Source: Vicinamibacteria bacterium | GTDB lineage: Bacteria; Acidobacteriota; Vicinamibacteria; Marinacidobacterales; Marinacidobacteraceae | Direction: 5' to 3' | DNA: 64,000 nt | Assembly (NCBI GenBank): GCA_963555995.3 | Contig: OY821641.1 | Span: 1,504,001-1,568,000 of the forward strand | In this document: piece by piece, positions 36,756 to 47,713 of the stretch | Layout: each line of letters begins with the position of its first letter | How positions within the stretch are numbered: position 1 is the stretch's first letter | Made by a program: the position numbers and the translations under genes | Notes under the pieces: model-generated | Databases searched by the model: none | The model's input: only the letters and a program-made list of their open reading frames with translations | What the model was told of the DNA's origin: nothing

Positions 36756-39431
36756 TCAGTTTCCGAACGTGCTGCGGATGGCGGCCCGGACGTGGTCGTT
36801 CAGGGCGGGAAGACCGCCCGGATCGGGACCCCCTCCCTCGGCGCGGTCGGCGCGGCCGCCGGCGCGGCCCCCGATGGCCGCCGCCGCTTCCCGGAGGAGC
36901 CGGTCGGCCGGCAGTCGCTCGGCGACTTCGGGCGAGACCCCCAGGATGACCGCGGCGCGCCCGTCCCGGACGGCGGCCGAAACCGCGACCCAGGCACGGC
37001 CGTCCTGCCCGTCGCGGAACGCGTCCATGAGCCGGCGGTGCTCGTTCTTCGAAACCCCGTCGAAAGGGGGCGGCATCCAGACCAGGATGCCCGCGATGGT
37101 TTCGGTCTCGGCGGGCGCACCGGCTTCCGAGGCCGGCGCTCTGCCGCCGCCGAGCGCGAGGCGATCCTGGAGCCGTTCCACCTCGCGTTCCATGCGCCTG
37201 AGGTCGGACCGCATCTTCTCCACCTTCTCCGCCACGTCCTCGGCGCGGGTATTCGCCGCCCGTCCGATGTCCCCGAGGAGGCGGCGTCCGCGGACCACGT
37301 GTTCGACCGCCGGGCGGCCGGTGAGCGCCTCGACGCGGCGGACTCCGGCGGACACCGACTCCTCGGAGACGATCACGAACAGTCCGGCCTGGCCGGTCGC
37401 CCCGAGATGCGTGCCGCCGCAGAGCTCGATGCTGAACTCCGGTACCTCGATCACGCGGACCTCGGCGCCGTACTTGTCGCCGAAGAACGCGAGGGCGCCG
37501 CGGGAAAGGGCGGCGTCGAGGGACATCACGCTCGCCAGCACTTCCCGGTCGGCCCGGATCTGCTCGTTCACGCGGCCCTCGATGGTCTCGATCTCGGTCG
37601 GAGTGAGGGCCGCGAAGTGGGTGAAGTCGAACCGCAGCCGGTCCGGGGCAACCAGCGAGCCGGCCTGTTTCACGTGCGGCCCGAGGGTGTCCCGGAGCGC
37701 CGCGTGCAGGAGATGGGTCATGGTGTGGTGCTCCGCCGCGCCCCGGCGGCGAATCCCGTCCACGAAGGCCTCGACCGGTTCCCCGGCGCCGATGGAACCC
37801 TCCCGCATGCGGACCGAGTGCACCACCAGGCCGTCGCGGTTCCGGGCGTCCAGCACCTCGGCCACCCCGCCGGCCGCGCGGAGCAGCCCCCGGTCCCCGA
37901 CCTGTCCGCCTCCCTCGGGGTAGAACGGCGTCCGGTCGAGAATCAGTTCTCCGGCCGCGCCTTCCGGCAGCGCCGGGACGGCGACCGGGGCCTCTCCTTC
38001 CCCCGTGGCGAGCGTCGCGAGCACGCGGCACCCGTCCGCTTCCGTGCCCTCGTAGCCGAGGAAACGGGTCGGCTCGGCGCCCGCAAGGCCGCGGTAGGCG
38101 GTGGAAGCAGCGGCCGGTCTGCCCTTCCACGACTGGCGCGCGCGTTCCCGCTGCTCCTGCATCCGGGTCTCGAACGCGGCGTGGTCCACCGACATGCCGT
38201 GTTCCCGCGCGACTTCGTCCACGAGATCGAGCGGGAGTCCGAAGGTGTCGTAGAGGCGGAAGGCATCATCGCCCGGCACCTCGGCGGCCTCCCGCACCGA
38301 ATCCCGCGTGAGCACGCGATCGAGCTGGCTCATCGCCGTCGAGAGCGTCCCCGAGAAACGTTCCTCCTCGAACGCCGCGACGCGCAGGATCAGGTCCCGC
38401 GATAGGCCCAATTCCGGCCACGCGTCCTCCATTCCGGAGATGGCGAGCCCGGTGATCCCGGGCAGGACCGGCTCCGGCATCCTCGCCTTGCGCCCGAAAC
38501 GCAGGGCGCGGCGGATGATCTTGCGGAGCACGTATCCCCGGCCCTCGTTCGCCGGGAGAACGCCGTCCGCGATCAGGAACGCGGTGGCGCGGGCGTGGTC
38601 CGCGATCACCCGCGCCGCCGTATGTACGGTCCCGGGATCCGCCTCGCCGGCGGCGCGATCGTGGACGGCGCGGATGAGCGGGGCGAAGAGGTCGGTCTCG
38701 TAGTTCGAGCCCACCCCGGAAAGCACCGCGGCGAGGCGCTCCAGTCCCATCCCGGTATCCACCGAAGGCGCGGGCAGCGGGTGCAGGACGCCCGCCTCGT
38801 TGCGGTCGAACTGCATGAACACGAGGTTCCAGATCTCGAGGTACCGGTCGTCCCCCCGGTAGTCGGGACCCTGGTCGTAGTGGATCTCGGAGCAGGGGCC
38901 GCACGGCCCGGTATCGCCCATGGACCAGAAGTTCTCGGCGGCCGGGAGTGAGGCGATCCGGTCCTCGGGCAGGTACGACCTCCAGATTTCGCGCGCCTCG
39001 TCGTCCCCGGGAGTGCTCTCGTCACCGGCGAAGACGGACGCCGAGAGCCGCCCCGGGGCGAGTCCCAGATCCCGGGTCAGGAACTCCCAGGCGAGGGCGA
39101 CGGCCTCCTCCTTGAAGTAGTCGCCGAAGGAGAAGTTCCCGAGCATCTCGAAGAAGGTGTGATGCCGCGCGGTCAGGCCCACGTTCTCGAGGTCGTTGTG
39201 CTTGCCCCCGGCGCGGACGCATTTCTGGACGCTCACGGCGCGGGGTTTCGGCGGCGTCTCGCGCCCCAGGAAGTAGTTCTTGAACTGGTTCATCCCGGCG
39301 TTCGCGAACAGCAGGGTCGGGTCGTCCCGCGGGACGAGCGGCGAGCTCTTGACCACCAGGTGGTCGCGCGCGGCGAAGAAATCGAGGAAGGCCCGCCGCA
39401 GTTCGGCCCCGGTGGCCGGCAGGGACGTCAT
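36756..39431 (-). CDS. alaS: alanine--tRNA ligase
   Basis: LLFANAGMNQFK, HHTFFEMLGNFSFGDYFK, DTGMGLER, ELCGGTH. Confidence 0.98.
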   Translation of the reverse strand: MTSLPATGAELRRAFLDFFAARDHLVVKSSPLVPRDDPTLLFANAGMNQFKNYFLGRETPPKPRAVSVQKCVRAGGKHNDLENVGLTARHHTFFEMLGNFSFGDYFKEEAVALAWEFLTRDLGLAPGRLSASVFAGDESTPGDDEAREIWRSYLPEDRIASLPAAENFWSMGDTGPCGPCSEIHYDQGPDYRGDDRYLEIWNLVFMQFDRNEAGVLHPLPAPSVDTGMGLERLAAVLSGVGSNYETDLFAPLIRAVHDRAAGEADPGTVHTAARVIADHARATAFLIADGVLPANEGRGYVLRKIIRRALRFGRKARMPEPVLPGITGLAISGMEDAWPELGLSRDLILRVAAFEEERFSGTLSTAMSQLDRVLTRDSVREAAEVPGDDAFRLYDTFGLPLDLVDEVAREHGMSVDHAAFETRMQEQRERARQSWKGRPAAASTAYRGLAGAEPTRFLGYEGTEADGCRVLATLATGEGEAPVAVPALPEGAAGELILDRTPFYPEGGGQVGDRGLLRAAGGVAEVLDARNRDGLVVHSVRMREGSIGAGEPVEAFVDGIRRRGAAEHHTMTHLLHAALRDTLGPHVKQAGSLVAPDRLRFDFTHFAALTPTEIETIEGRVNEQIRADREVLASVMSLDAALSRGALAFFGDKYGAEVRVIEVPEFSIELCGGTHLGATGQAGLFVIVSEESVSAGVRRVEALTGRPAVEHVVRGRRLLGDIGRAANTRAEDVAEKVEKMRSDLRRMEREVERLQDRLALGGGRAPASEAGAPAETETIAGILVWMPPPFDGVSKNEHRRLMDAFRDGQDGRAWVAVSAAVRDGRAAVILGVSPEVAERLPADRLLREAAAAIGGRAGGRADRAEGGGPDPGGLPALNDHVRAAIRSTFGN

Positions 39432-39985
39432 GCTTCGAGTTCCGGGGCGCGCTCTGGTTCAAGGGTCCGTTCGTCCGCGAGCACCGCGTGGCGCGCCGCC
39501 TCCCGGGAGTACCCCCGCGCGACCAGCCGCCGGAAGAGGCGGCCGGCCGCCTTTTGTCGCTCCGCGGGTGGTGACGCGCTGTCCCGCCGGCGCCCGCCCA
39601 CGGCGGCCGAGGCCGGTTGCAGCCGCCGGAGGGCGATCACGGCGCGTTCCCCCTCCGCGCCGTCGGGGAACTCCAGCCGGACCGCCTCGAGCGCGAGGGC
39701 TTCGGGAATCCGGCGCCGCCGCAAGTGGGCCCGGACCTTGAGCGGGCCCTGGTGTTTCGTCCGCGCCTGGGTCCGGGCCACCGCCTCGGCCAGCGAGCGG
39801 TCATCGAGGTAGCGGCGTTCCCGCAGCCGGGCGATGGCCTCCTCGACCTCGGGTTCGCCGAAGTCGCGCGCCCGCAGCTTCATCCGGACCTCTCCCTCGC
39901 TGAGGTCCCGCCGCGCCAGCAGACCGATGGCGGCGCCCCACGCCGTGGCCGGGCGGGAGGAGGACGGGTTGACGGTCCGGGACAT
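39428..39985 (-). CDS. recX: regulatory protein RecX
   Basis: LLARRDLS..E...KL, YLDD..LA, GPLKVR..L, L..RGYS. Confidence 0.88.
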   Translation of the reverse strand: MSRTVNPSSSRPATAWGAAIGLLARRDLSEGEVRMKLRARDFGEPEVEEAIARLRERRYLDDRSLAEAVARTQARTKHQGPLKVRAHLRRRRIPEALALEAVRLEFPDGAEGERAVIALRRLQPASAAVGGRRRDSASPPAERQKAAGRLFRRLVARGYSREAARHAVLADERTLEPERAPELEA

Positions 39986-40017
39986 GGGCGGGAGAGTAAC
40001 GCGGAGTTCTCAGCGCG

Positions 40018-40947
40018 CTACGCGCCGCAGTGCGCGCACCGCGTGGCCTCGGGGTGGCGCCGGCGGCCACAGTTCCAACAGGTGCGCGGAGGCCGCTCCG
40101 CTTCCCGGATCCGATCCATGACCGCCTTTCGCTCTTCAGGCGGGGGGCCGAACGAGGCCAGCTCGCGGAGGTCGCTGAGCATGCTCTCGGCGCCCGCGTA
40201 GCGGTTCGAGACCCGCGGGGCGAGCGCCTTCGCGACCACCGCGTCGAGATCCGCCGAGACCGAGGGGACGTGCCGCCGGGGATGTTCGTTGCCGCCCGCC
40301 TCGACGAGTGCCCGCTGCCGCTCGGGATCGGGATCCTGATAGGGAAGGCTGCCGGTGAGCATCTGGTAGAGCACCACCCCGACCCCGTACACGTCGGAGG
40401 CAAAGACCGCCTCGGCGTGGAACTGTTCGGGCGCCAGGTAGTAGGGATTACCGATCCGGCGGGCGCCGTGTTCCGCGATGTGGACCGTCCGGGCCATCCC
40501 GAAGTCCGTGATCTTGGCGACCTCCCCGGAGAGCAGGATGTTGTCGGCGCTGATGTCGCCGTGGAGCAGCTTGCGGTCGTGGGCGTGGGCGATTCCGGCC
40601 AGCACCTGGCGGGCGATCCGCGTGGAGAGGGTTGCCGAGAGCGGGGCTTCGTCGTCGAGCCGCCGCGCGAGGGAAGTCCCCTCCACCCACTCCATGACCA
40701 GGAACAGGGTGTCCTCGTGTTCGTTGCAGGCGATCAGACGCACGATGTTCGGGTGTTCGAGCGCGGCCAGCAGGCGCGATTCCCGCAGGATCGCTTCCCG
40801 TCCGGCGGGTGATTGGTCGTGGGGCACCTTGATGGCCCGGAGCTTTTCCAGGAACACGTCCCGGACCAGATAGACGGCCCCGAACGTCCCGCGGCCGATG
40901 CTCTTCTGGATCTCGTAGTTTCCGATCCGCTGTCCGAGCAGAAACAT
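40018..40947 (-). CDS. Hanks-type Ser/Thr protein kinase with a C-terminal zinc ribbon
   Basis: GRGTFG, AIK, HPNIV, HGDISADN, DFG, APE, DVYGVG; C-terminal CWNC...CAHC. Confidence 0.88.
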   Translation of the reverse strand: MFLLGQRIGNYEIQKSIGRGTFGAVYLVRDVFLEKLRAIKVPHDQSPAGREAILRESRLLAALEHPNIVRLIACNEHEDTLFLVMEWVEGTSLARRLDDEAPLSATLSTRIARQVLAGIAHAHDRKLLHGDISADNILLSGEVAKITDFGMARTVHIAEHGARRIGNPYYLAPEQFHAEAVFASDVYGVGVVLYQMLTGSLPYQDPDPERQRALVEAGGNEHPRRHVPSVSADLDAVVAKALAPRVSNRYAGAESMLSDLRELASFGPPPEERKAVMDRIREAERPPRTCWNCGRRRHPEATRCAHCGA

Positions 40948-40958
40948 CGGTTTCGATG

Positions 40959-41678
40959 CTACCCCGCCGGCCGGAGCAGGAGGGCGGCCGCCACCACCGC
41001 GGCCGTTCCGGTGCGCAGCGTCCGTTCGCCGAGGTCGAGACGGCGGAATCCGTGGCGGTGGGCGTCCTCGAGTTCCCGGACGGAGAAACCGCCTTCGGGC
41101 CCGATGGCGAGGACGCGTCCGCCGGCCGCTTCCGGGGCGGGAGCGGCGCCGGGGGCGGCCCGCGCCGTGCGGGGCGAAGCGATCCAGCGATCGGGCGGCA
41201 GCGCCTCGCGGAGCCAGGCTTCGAACGGGGCCGGCGCGGCGACCGTGGGCAGGGTGGCCCGCCCCGACTGGCGCGTCCCGGACAGGGCCGCGGCGCGCCA
41301 GCGGGTGAGTCGGGCGGGGGTCGCGCGCCCCTCCGAGTGCTCGCTGGTCAGCGGAACGATCGTGTCGGCGCCGACCTCGGCGAGCTGGCGGACGATGGCG
41401 GTCAGGCCGTCCCCCTTGGGGACCGCCACGCCCACCGCGAGGCGAATCCCGGGTTCCCGCGCGGGGAGGGCCGCGCCCCGCTCCACCAGGCAGCGCGCCT
41501 CGCCGTCCACGCCCGCGAAGCGGGCCGCGAATGCGTTGCCGGCGCCATCGAAGACCTCGATCTCCGCACCCGGGACGAGGCGCAGCACCCGGAGCAGCCG
41601 GTGCGTTTCCGCCGCGTCAAGCCGCAGCTCGCGGCGATCGGCCGCCCGCGGGGCGAAGAAGCGGCGAGCGGCGCCCAT
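40959..41678 (-). CDS. rsmE: 16S rRNA m3U1498 methyltransferase
   Basis: RVLRL, AEVG, IGPEGGFS, LGERTLRTGTA. Confidence 0.92.
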   Translation of the reverse strand: MGAARRFFAPRAADRRELRLDAAETHRLLRVLRLVPGAEIEVFDGAGNAFAARFAGVDGEARCLVERGAALPAREPGIRLAVGVAVPKGDGLTAIVRQLAEVGADTIVPLTSEHSEGRATPARLTRWRAAALSGTRQSGRATLPTVAAPAPFEAWLREALPPDRWIASPRTARAAPGAAPAPEAAGGRVLAIGPEGGFSVRELEDAHRHGFRRLDLGERTLRTGTAAVVAAALLLRPAG

Positions 41679-41775
41679 GGTCAGCGCGCGGCTGCCACTC
41701 GCGGTGCGGGGTCCGACGAGCCGGGCGCGCTCCGCTCGCCGGCGTGAATTCGGGCGGGATCGTTCGGGGGTCCCG

Positions 41776-42975
41776 TCAGGAAAAGATGCGGTCGAAGAAG
41801 GACGACCGGGGTCTGTCCGCGCCGTCGCCGTTCGCTTCGGCGCTCGGGTGTATATCCGGTTCGCCGGGGCCGGGATGCCGACCGGCCGGCGCCGGCGAGG
41901 CTTCGGACGGCCGGTCGAACTCCTCGGCGAGCGCCTCGACCGCGGCCCGCGACCGATCGCTCAGTTTCCGCGGCACCTCGACGAGGATGCGCACCAGGTG
42001 ACTGCCACGCCCCCGGCTCCGCAGGGCAGGGAATCCCCTGTTCCGTAGGCGGAGGGTCGTGTGCGGCTGGGTGCCGGCGGGGACCCGCAGCGTTTCCTCC
42101 CCCCAGATGGTGGAGATCGGGATCTCGGTGCCCAGCACCGCCTGGGGAAAGCTGATGGTGGCTTCGCTGAGGACATCGCTGTCTTCGCGTCGCAGCCCCC
42201 GCCGGGGCCGGACGTGGACCCGTACGTAGAGATCACCGGGTGGTCCGCCGCGCGCGCCGGGTTCCCCCTCGCCCCGGACGCGCAACTGGTCCCCATCCGC
42301 GATCCCGGCGGGGAGTCGAACGGTGATCTCCCGTTCCCGCGGCGTTCTCCCGTTGCCGGCGCACTCCCGGCAGGGATCGCGAACGATCTTCCCGGTTCCG
42401 CCGCAGCCGGAACAGGTGCGGCTCATGACCATGAAGCCCCGTGAGAAGGTCTCCTGGCCGCGCCCACCGCACCTGCCGCAGAGGATCGGCTGCTTGCCGG
42501 CCTCGATGCCGCTTCCCCGGCAGGAGTCGCAGGGTTCCGCGCGGGAGACGAGGATCCGCTTGCGGTTCTCCTCCTTCGGCTCGTCGAACTCGATGCTCAG
42601 CTCGTACTGGATGTCGCGTCCGCGGGCGGGGCCGTGCCGGTCTCCGCCCCCGAACAGGTCGCCGAACAGGTCGAAACCGCTGCCGCGGAAGAGATCCTGG
42701 AAGTCCGCAAAGATCTCGCTGTTCACCGGCTGTCCGGCGCCGCCGACTCCGGCGTGGCCGAAACGGTCGTAACGGGACCGCTTCTCCGGGTCGCCAAGGA
42801 CGCCGTAGGCCTCGGAGGCCTCCTTGAACTGCTCCTCCGCGGACTTGTCGCCCGGGTTGCGGTCGGGGTGATGCCGGACCGCGAGCTTGCGGTAGGCCTT
42901 CTTGATCTCGTCCGAACTCGCGTCCCGGCCGACGCCGAGGACGTCGTAGTAGTCGCGCTGTGCAGTGCCGGGCAT
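41776..42975 (-). CDS. dnaJ: chaperone DnaJ
   Basis: J domain with HPD, four CxxCxGxG repeats. Confidence 0.97.
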   Translation of the reverse strand: MPGTAQRDYYDVLGVGRDASSDEIKKAYRKLAVRHHPDRNPGDKSAEEQFKEASEAYGVLGDPEKRSRYDRFGHAGVGGAGQPVNSEIFADFQDLFRGSGFDLFGDLFGGGDRHGPARGRDIQYELSIEFDEPKEENRKRILVSRAEPCDSCRGSGIEAGKQPILCGRCGGRGQETFSRGFMVMSRTCSGCGGTGKIVRDPCRECAGNGRTPREREITVRLPAGIADGDQLRVRGEGEPGARGGPPGDLYVRVHVRPRRGLRREDSDVLSEATISFPQAVLGTEIPISTIWGEETLRVPAGTQPHTTLRLRNRGFPALRSRGRGSHLVRILVEVPRKLSDRSRAAVEALAEEFDRPSEASPAPAGRHPGPGEPDIHPSAEANGDGADRPRSSFFDRIFS

Positions 42976-42983
42976 CGAATGGA

Positions 42984-43730
42984 TCAGGCGGACAGCGGTT
43001 CGGAGTCGGATCCCGGCGCCGCGGGACCCTTGGTCGATGATCCTTCGTCACCCGGGGCGTCCCCGTCCGCTTCGGTTCCCCCGGAAGGTTCCGCCGGCTC
43101 GGGAGGCGCGCCCGCCACGATCACGGTGGCCGGACGGATCACGCGGCCGTCGAGGAGGTATCCGCGGCGCAACACCTCGGTTACGTCGCCCTCGCGTTGC
43201 CCCGGCCCGGCCGGGATCTCCTGCACCGCCTCGTGCAGGCGGGGATCGAACGGAGCGCCGTCCGCCTCGATCTCGAGGAGTCCCTGGCGCTTCAGCGTCT
43301 CCCGGAAACGGCGGAGCACCAGGCGAAGTCCCTCGGAGAGCCCCCGGACCACGTTCCCCGCCGGATCGTCGTCGCCGTTGCCGTCCCAGCGCTCGGTCGT
43401 CCGTTCCACCTCGAGAGCGGCGCGCTGGAGGTCGTCCAATACGGGCAGCAGGGCCGAGCAGACCTCCTCGGTGGCGCGCGAGCGGAACTCGGCCCGCTCG
43501 TTCCGGGCTCTGCGGCGCACGTTCGCGAGGTCCGCCTGCGCCCGCCGGGCGAGGTCCTTGGCGTCCGTGAGTTCCTGATGGAGGGCGGCGATCCGGCGCT
43601 CCTGATCCTCGGCGCCGGCAAGCTCCGCCGCCTCCGGCAGGTCCGTGGAATCCCCGTCCGCGGCGCCGTTCGCCCCGGGGGCTTCCGCGAGCGGCTCGGG
43701 TGGTTCTCCCTGTGAAGAATCGTTCATCAA
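42984..43730 (-). CDS. grpE: nucleotide exchange factor GrpE
   Basis: [22 protein letters not shown]...RVIRPA. Confidence 0.94.
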   Translation of the reverse strand: MMNDSSQGEPPEPLAEAPGANGAADGDSTDLPEAAELAGAEDQERRIAALHQELTDAKDLARRAQADLANVRRRARNERAEFRSRATEEVCSALLPVLDDLQRAALEVERTTERWDGNGDDDPAGNVVRGLSEGLRLVLRRFRETLKRQGLLEIEADGAPFDPRLHEAVQEIPAGPGQREGDVTEVLRRGYLLDGRVIRPATVIVAGAPPEPAEPSGGTEADGDAPGDEGSSTKGPAAPGSDSEPLSA

Positions 43731-43762
43731 TCACTCCTGAAGATCGGTCGGAAACGCGGAAA

Positions 43763-44506
43763 TCAAATTAGCACGCGGCAAGTCGGGTCCCGGCGGAACG
43801 CGGTGTCCAGCGCGGCGGCCACGTCGGCAACGGAGGGCGGCGCGTTCGCCGGACCGAGCGGCGCGAGTTCCAGGAGGCCGACGGCGTCCACGGGGGAGTC
43901 GGCGGGGAGCCCGGCGAGCGAGTTCGTGAGGGCGCGGTCCACCGTCCAGGGGATCGAACCGTGCTGGAGAAAAGCGCCCCGGCGCCAGCGTTGGGCCCCC
44001 GCCACCAGCTTGTGGCCGCGGGCGGTGATCTCGTGGCCGGTAGCCACGGCTTGACAGGGCAGCCGGGGCGGGGCGGCGTCGCGGGGCAGGGCGCCGGCCG
44101 GCGGAGGATCGAGGCGAACGAAACGGGAGAGGGCCTTCCAGATGGAGCCCATGACCCGGAAGTACGCCGCCCGGACCCCCGGAGCCCAGCCGCGGGGCGC
44201 CGCGAAGGCATAGGTGAGTTCGTCCGGGAGGTGGAGGAGCGCCCTGCCTCCGGTGGGACGGCGGACCCACGGGATGCCGGAACTGGCGAGCGCCTCCGGA
44301 TCGGTGGCGTCCCCGGCGGTCTGTCCGTGTCCGAGCGTCAGCGTCGGACGGGACCAGCGATAGAGGCGCAGGGCCGGAGGCGCGCCCGCGGCGGCTTCCG
44401 TGAGGAGTGTCCGGTCCCGCCGCATGTTCACCGGCCCCTCGGCGGGGACCGTCCAGTCCGCGAACAGGCGCAGCCCTCCGCCGGATGCGGCAGCGGTGAC
44501 GTTCAC
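43763..44506 (-). CDS. lipoate-protein ligase / octanoyltransferase (LipM/LplA-like)
   Basis: NMRRD, LRLYRW..PTLTLG, VRRPTGGRA.LH, KLVAGAQ, LQHGSI. Confidence 0.85.
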   Translation of the reverse strand: MNVTAAASGGGLRLFADWTVPAEGPVNMRRDRTLLTEAAAGAPPALRLYRWSRPTLTLGHGQTAGDATDPEALASSGIPWVRRPTGGRALLHLPDELTYAFAAPRGWAPGVRAAYFRVMGSIWKALSRFVRLDPPPAGALPRDAAPPRLPCQAVATGHEITARGHKLVAGAQRWRRGAFLQHGSIPWTVDRALTNSLAGLPADSPVDAVGLLELAPLGPANAPPSVADVAAALDTAFRRDPTCRVLI

Positions 44507-44540
44507 CTTCCTCTTCGCCGTCCCGTCCCGTTCCGGCGGC

Positions 44541-45652
<1,112 letters not shown>

Positions 45653-45656
<4 letters not shown>

Positions 45657-46090
45657 GCAGCTTTCTCGTCCTTCGGTGCTTTCTTCTCCGGCTTCGGTTC
45701 CGGCTTGCTGCGGCGCCGCACGGTCCCCTCGAAGGTGGCTCCCGCATGGACGACCACCGTGGCGGCGAGGATTCCTCCGGTAAGGACTCCCGACGCCCCG
45801 ATTTCCGCCTTCTCGACCGCTTCCACGTCGCCGGTGACCCGGCCATGAATGGTCACGTTCCGGGCCAGGAGGTTGGCTTCGACCTGGCCGCCCTCCGGAA
45901 TCAGCACCGCGGCGGTGCTTTCCACCGAGCCCTTGAGGCGACCCTGGATGCAGATGTCCTCCCGGGTCGTGATCTTGCCTTCGACGAGGGTGTCCTGCCC
46001 GATCCAGGTCGAGCGGGCGCCCCGTTCGGGAGCGGGAGGCGCTTCGGTCATGAATGCCTCGTCTTCATTGGTGCGACGGAATATGGCCAT
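45653..46090 (-). CDS. bactofilin (polymer-forming cytoskeletal protein)
   Basis: [11 protein letters not shown]...IQGRLKGSV...IHGRVTGDV...GATFEG beta-helix repeats. Confidence 0.85.
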
Positions 46091-46120
46091 GGGACGGAAC
46101 GGAACAAGGAAACAGAACGG

Positions 46121-46193
46121 AGCGGGCGACGGGGCTCGAACCCGCGACACCGAGCTTGGGAAGCTCGTACTCTGCCAACTGAGATACGCCCGC
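46121..46193 (-). tRNA. tRNA-Gly(CCC)
   Basis: GCGGGCG/CGCCCGC acceptor stem, anticodon arm CGAGC-TTCCCAA-GCTCG, TTCGA T-loop; CCA not encoded. Confidence 0.92.
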
Positions 46194-46339
46194 CCGGGGC
46201 CGGGGATTCTACTCGGCAGCGACCGGCCGCATGGGCGCAATCCGGGGCGATGCTGGCGCAGACGGCGGTCATCGTCGGATTCGTCGTCGGCGTCGCGTCC
46301 CTCCTGAAGTAGCCGCTTCCGCCCGCCCGCGCGGGCGTT

Positions 46340-47713
46340 TCAGCGCAGGCTCTCCAGCAGCGCCAGGATTTCGTCGCGGCGGGTTTCGGCCAGTCCCTCG
46401 CGGTACGCCTCGAGGGTCAGCCGCATCACGGGCTCGGTGTTCGACGGCCGGAGGGTGAAGCGCCAATCCGGGAAATCAACCGCGAGTCCGTCCAGCGTGT
46501 TCACCTCCCCGCCCGGAAAGCTCGCGCGCACCAGGCGGAAGGCGGCGGCCGGGTCAGGGACGACCCGGCTCTCCTCGTCCACCGTGAAGTAGCGCCGGCG
46601 CAGATCCCCCGCCAGTTCGGAGAGCGGCCTTCCCGAGTCGCGGATCCTCTCGATCATCAGCAGGATGGGCAGCAGGGCGTTGTCCGCGTAGCCGGCGGCC
46701 CGAAAGAAGAAGTGACCGCTGAGTTCGCCGCCGAATCGCGCGTCCTCCTGCCGCATCCGCCGCTTCAGGTAGGCGTGTCCCACCCGGCCGGCGCGCGGCA
46801 GGCCCCCGGCCCGCGTCACTTCGTCCGGCACCGCCCGCGAGGACCGCAGGTCGAAAACGATCGGAGTGCCCGGTTCCTTGGCGATCTCGGCCGGCGCCAG
46901 GAGGGCCGTCGTGAAGTCTCCGGGGATGTGCAGTCCCCGGTCGTCCACGAACACGCACCGGTCCGCATCCCCGTCCCAGAGGACGCCGAAGTCGGCTTCC
47001 TCTTCGAGGACCCGGCGCACGAGGGGCTCCCGGTTCCGGGGATCGAGGGGGTTGGCGCCGCGGCTCGGGAAGGCGCCGTCGGGCCGGAACTCCACCGCGA
47101 GAAACTCGCCGGGAACCGTGGAGAACACCTCGGCCGCCATGAGTCCCCCCATGCCGTGGCCGGCGTCGAGCACCACGCGGAGCGCCGGCAGGGAGCGGAA
47201 GTCCACGACGCTCGCGAGGAACGCCCGGTAGTGGGCGGCGATCTCGCGCGGCGGCCGGGTATCCGGGGTCGGCGGCAAGTTCTCCGGCGGGTCGGGAACC
47301 TCGTCCACCAGCCGGCGCACTTCCGGCAACCCGTTCTCCTGGAACACGGGCGCCGCATCGCGTTCGACGAGCTTGATGCCGTTGTCCCCGGGGGGGTTGT
47401 GGGAGGCCGTGATCACCGCGCCGCCGTCCAGGCGGTCATGCCGGACGGCGAACCACATTGCGTCGGTCGGCAGCATCCCGTAGTCGAAGATTTCGACGTT
47501 CGGCCCTTCGAGACCGGCGGCGAACGCCCCGGCGAGCGCCGGGCTGGTTAGCCGGGCGTCGCGGGCGATGCCGATCCGCCCGCCCCCGAGCCAGGTGGCG
47601 AACGCGCGGCCGACGCGCCACGCCAGGGCCGGAGACAGGGGCGCGGGCGCCGTCCCGCGGATGTCGTAGGCCTTGAACAGCCCGGCTTCGCCGGCGTTCA
47701 GTCGTCGAGCCAT
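46340..47713 (-). CDS. phosphomannomutase/phosphoglucomutase
   Basis: FKAYDIRG, TASHNP, DGDADR, GELSGH, RPSNTEP; ATG 47713. Confidence 0.93.
   Translation of the reverse strand: MARRLNAGEAGLFKAYDIRGTAPAPLSPALAWRVGRAFATWLGGGRIGIARDARLTSPALAGAFAAGLEGPNVEIFDYGMLPTDAMWFAVRHDRLDGGAVITASHNPPGDNGIKLVERDAAPVFQENGLPEVRRLVDEVPDPPENLPPTPDTRPPREIAAHYRAFLASVVDFRSLPALRVVLDAGHGMGGLMAAEVFSTVPGEFLAVEFRPDGAFPSRGANPLDPRNREPLVRRVLEEEADFGVLWDGDADRCVFVDDRGLHIPGDFTTALLAPAEIAKEPGTPIVFDLRSSRAVPDEVTRAGGLPRAGRVGHAYLKRRMRQEDARFGGELSGHFFFRAAGYADNALLPILLMIERIRDSGRPLSELAGDLRRRYFTVDEESRVVPDPAAAFRLVRASFPGGEVNTLDGLAVDFPDWRFTLRPSNTEPVMRLTLEAYREGLAETRRDEILALLESLR

Noticed and set aside
43768-43794. CIRCE operator upstream of grpE
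   Set aside because: Only one imperfect half-site (TTAGCACGC); the second half (GGTCCCGGC) does not match GAGTGCTAA
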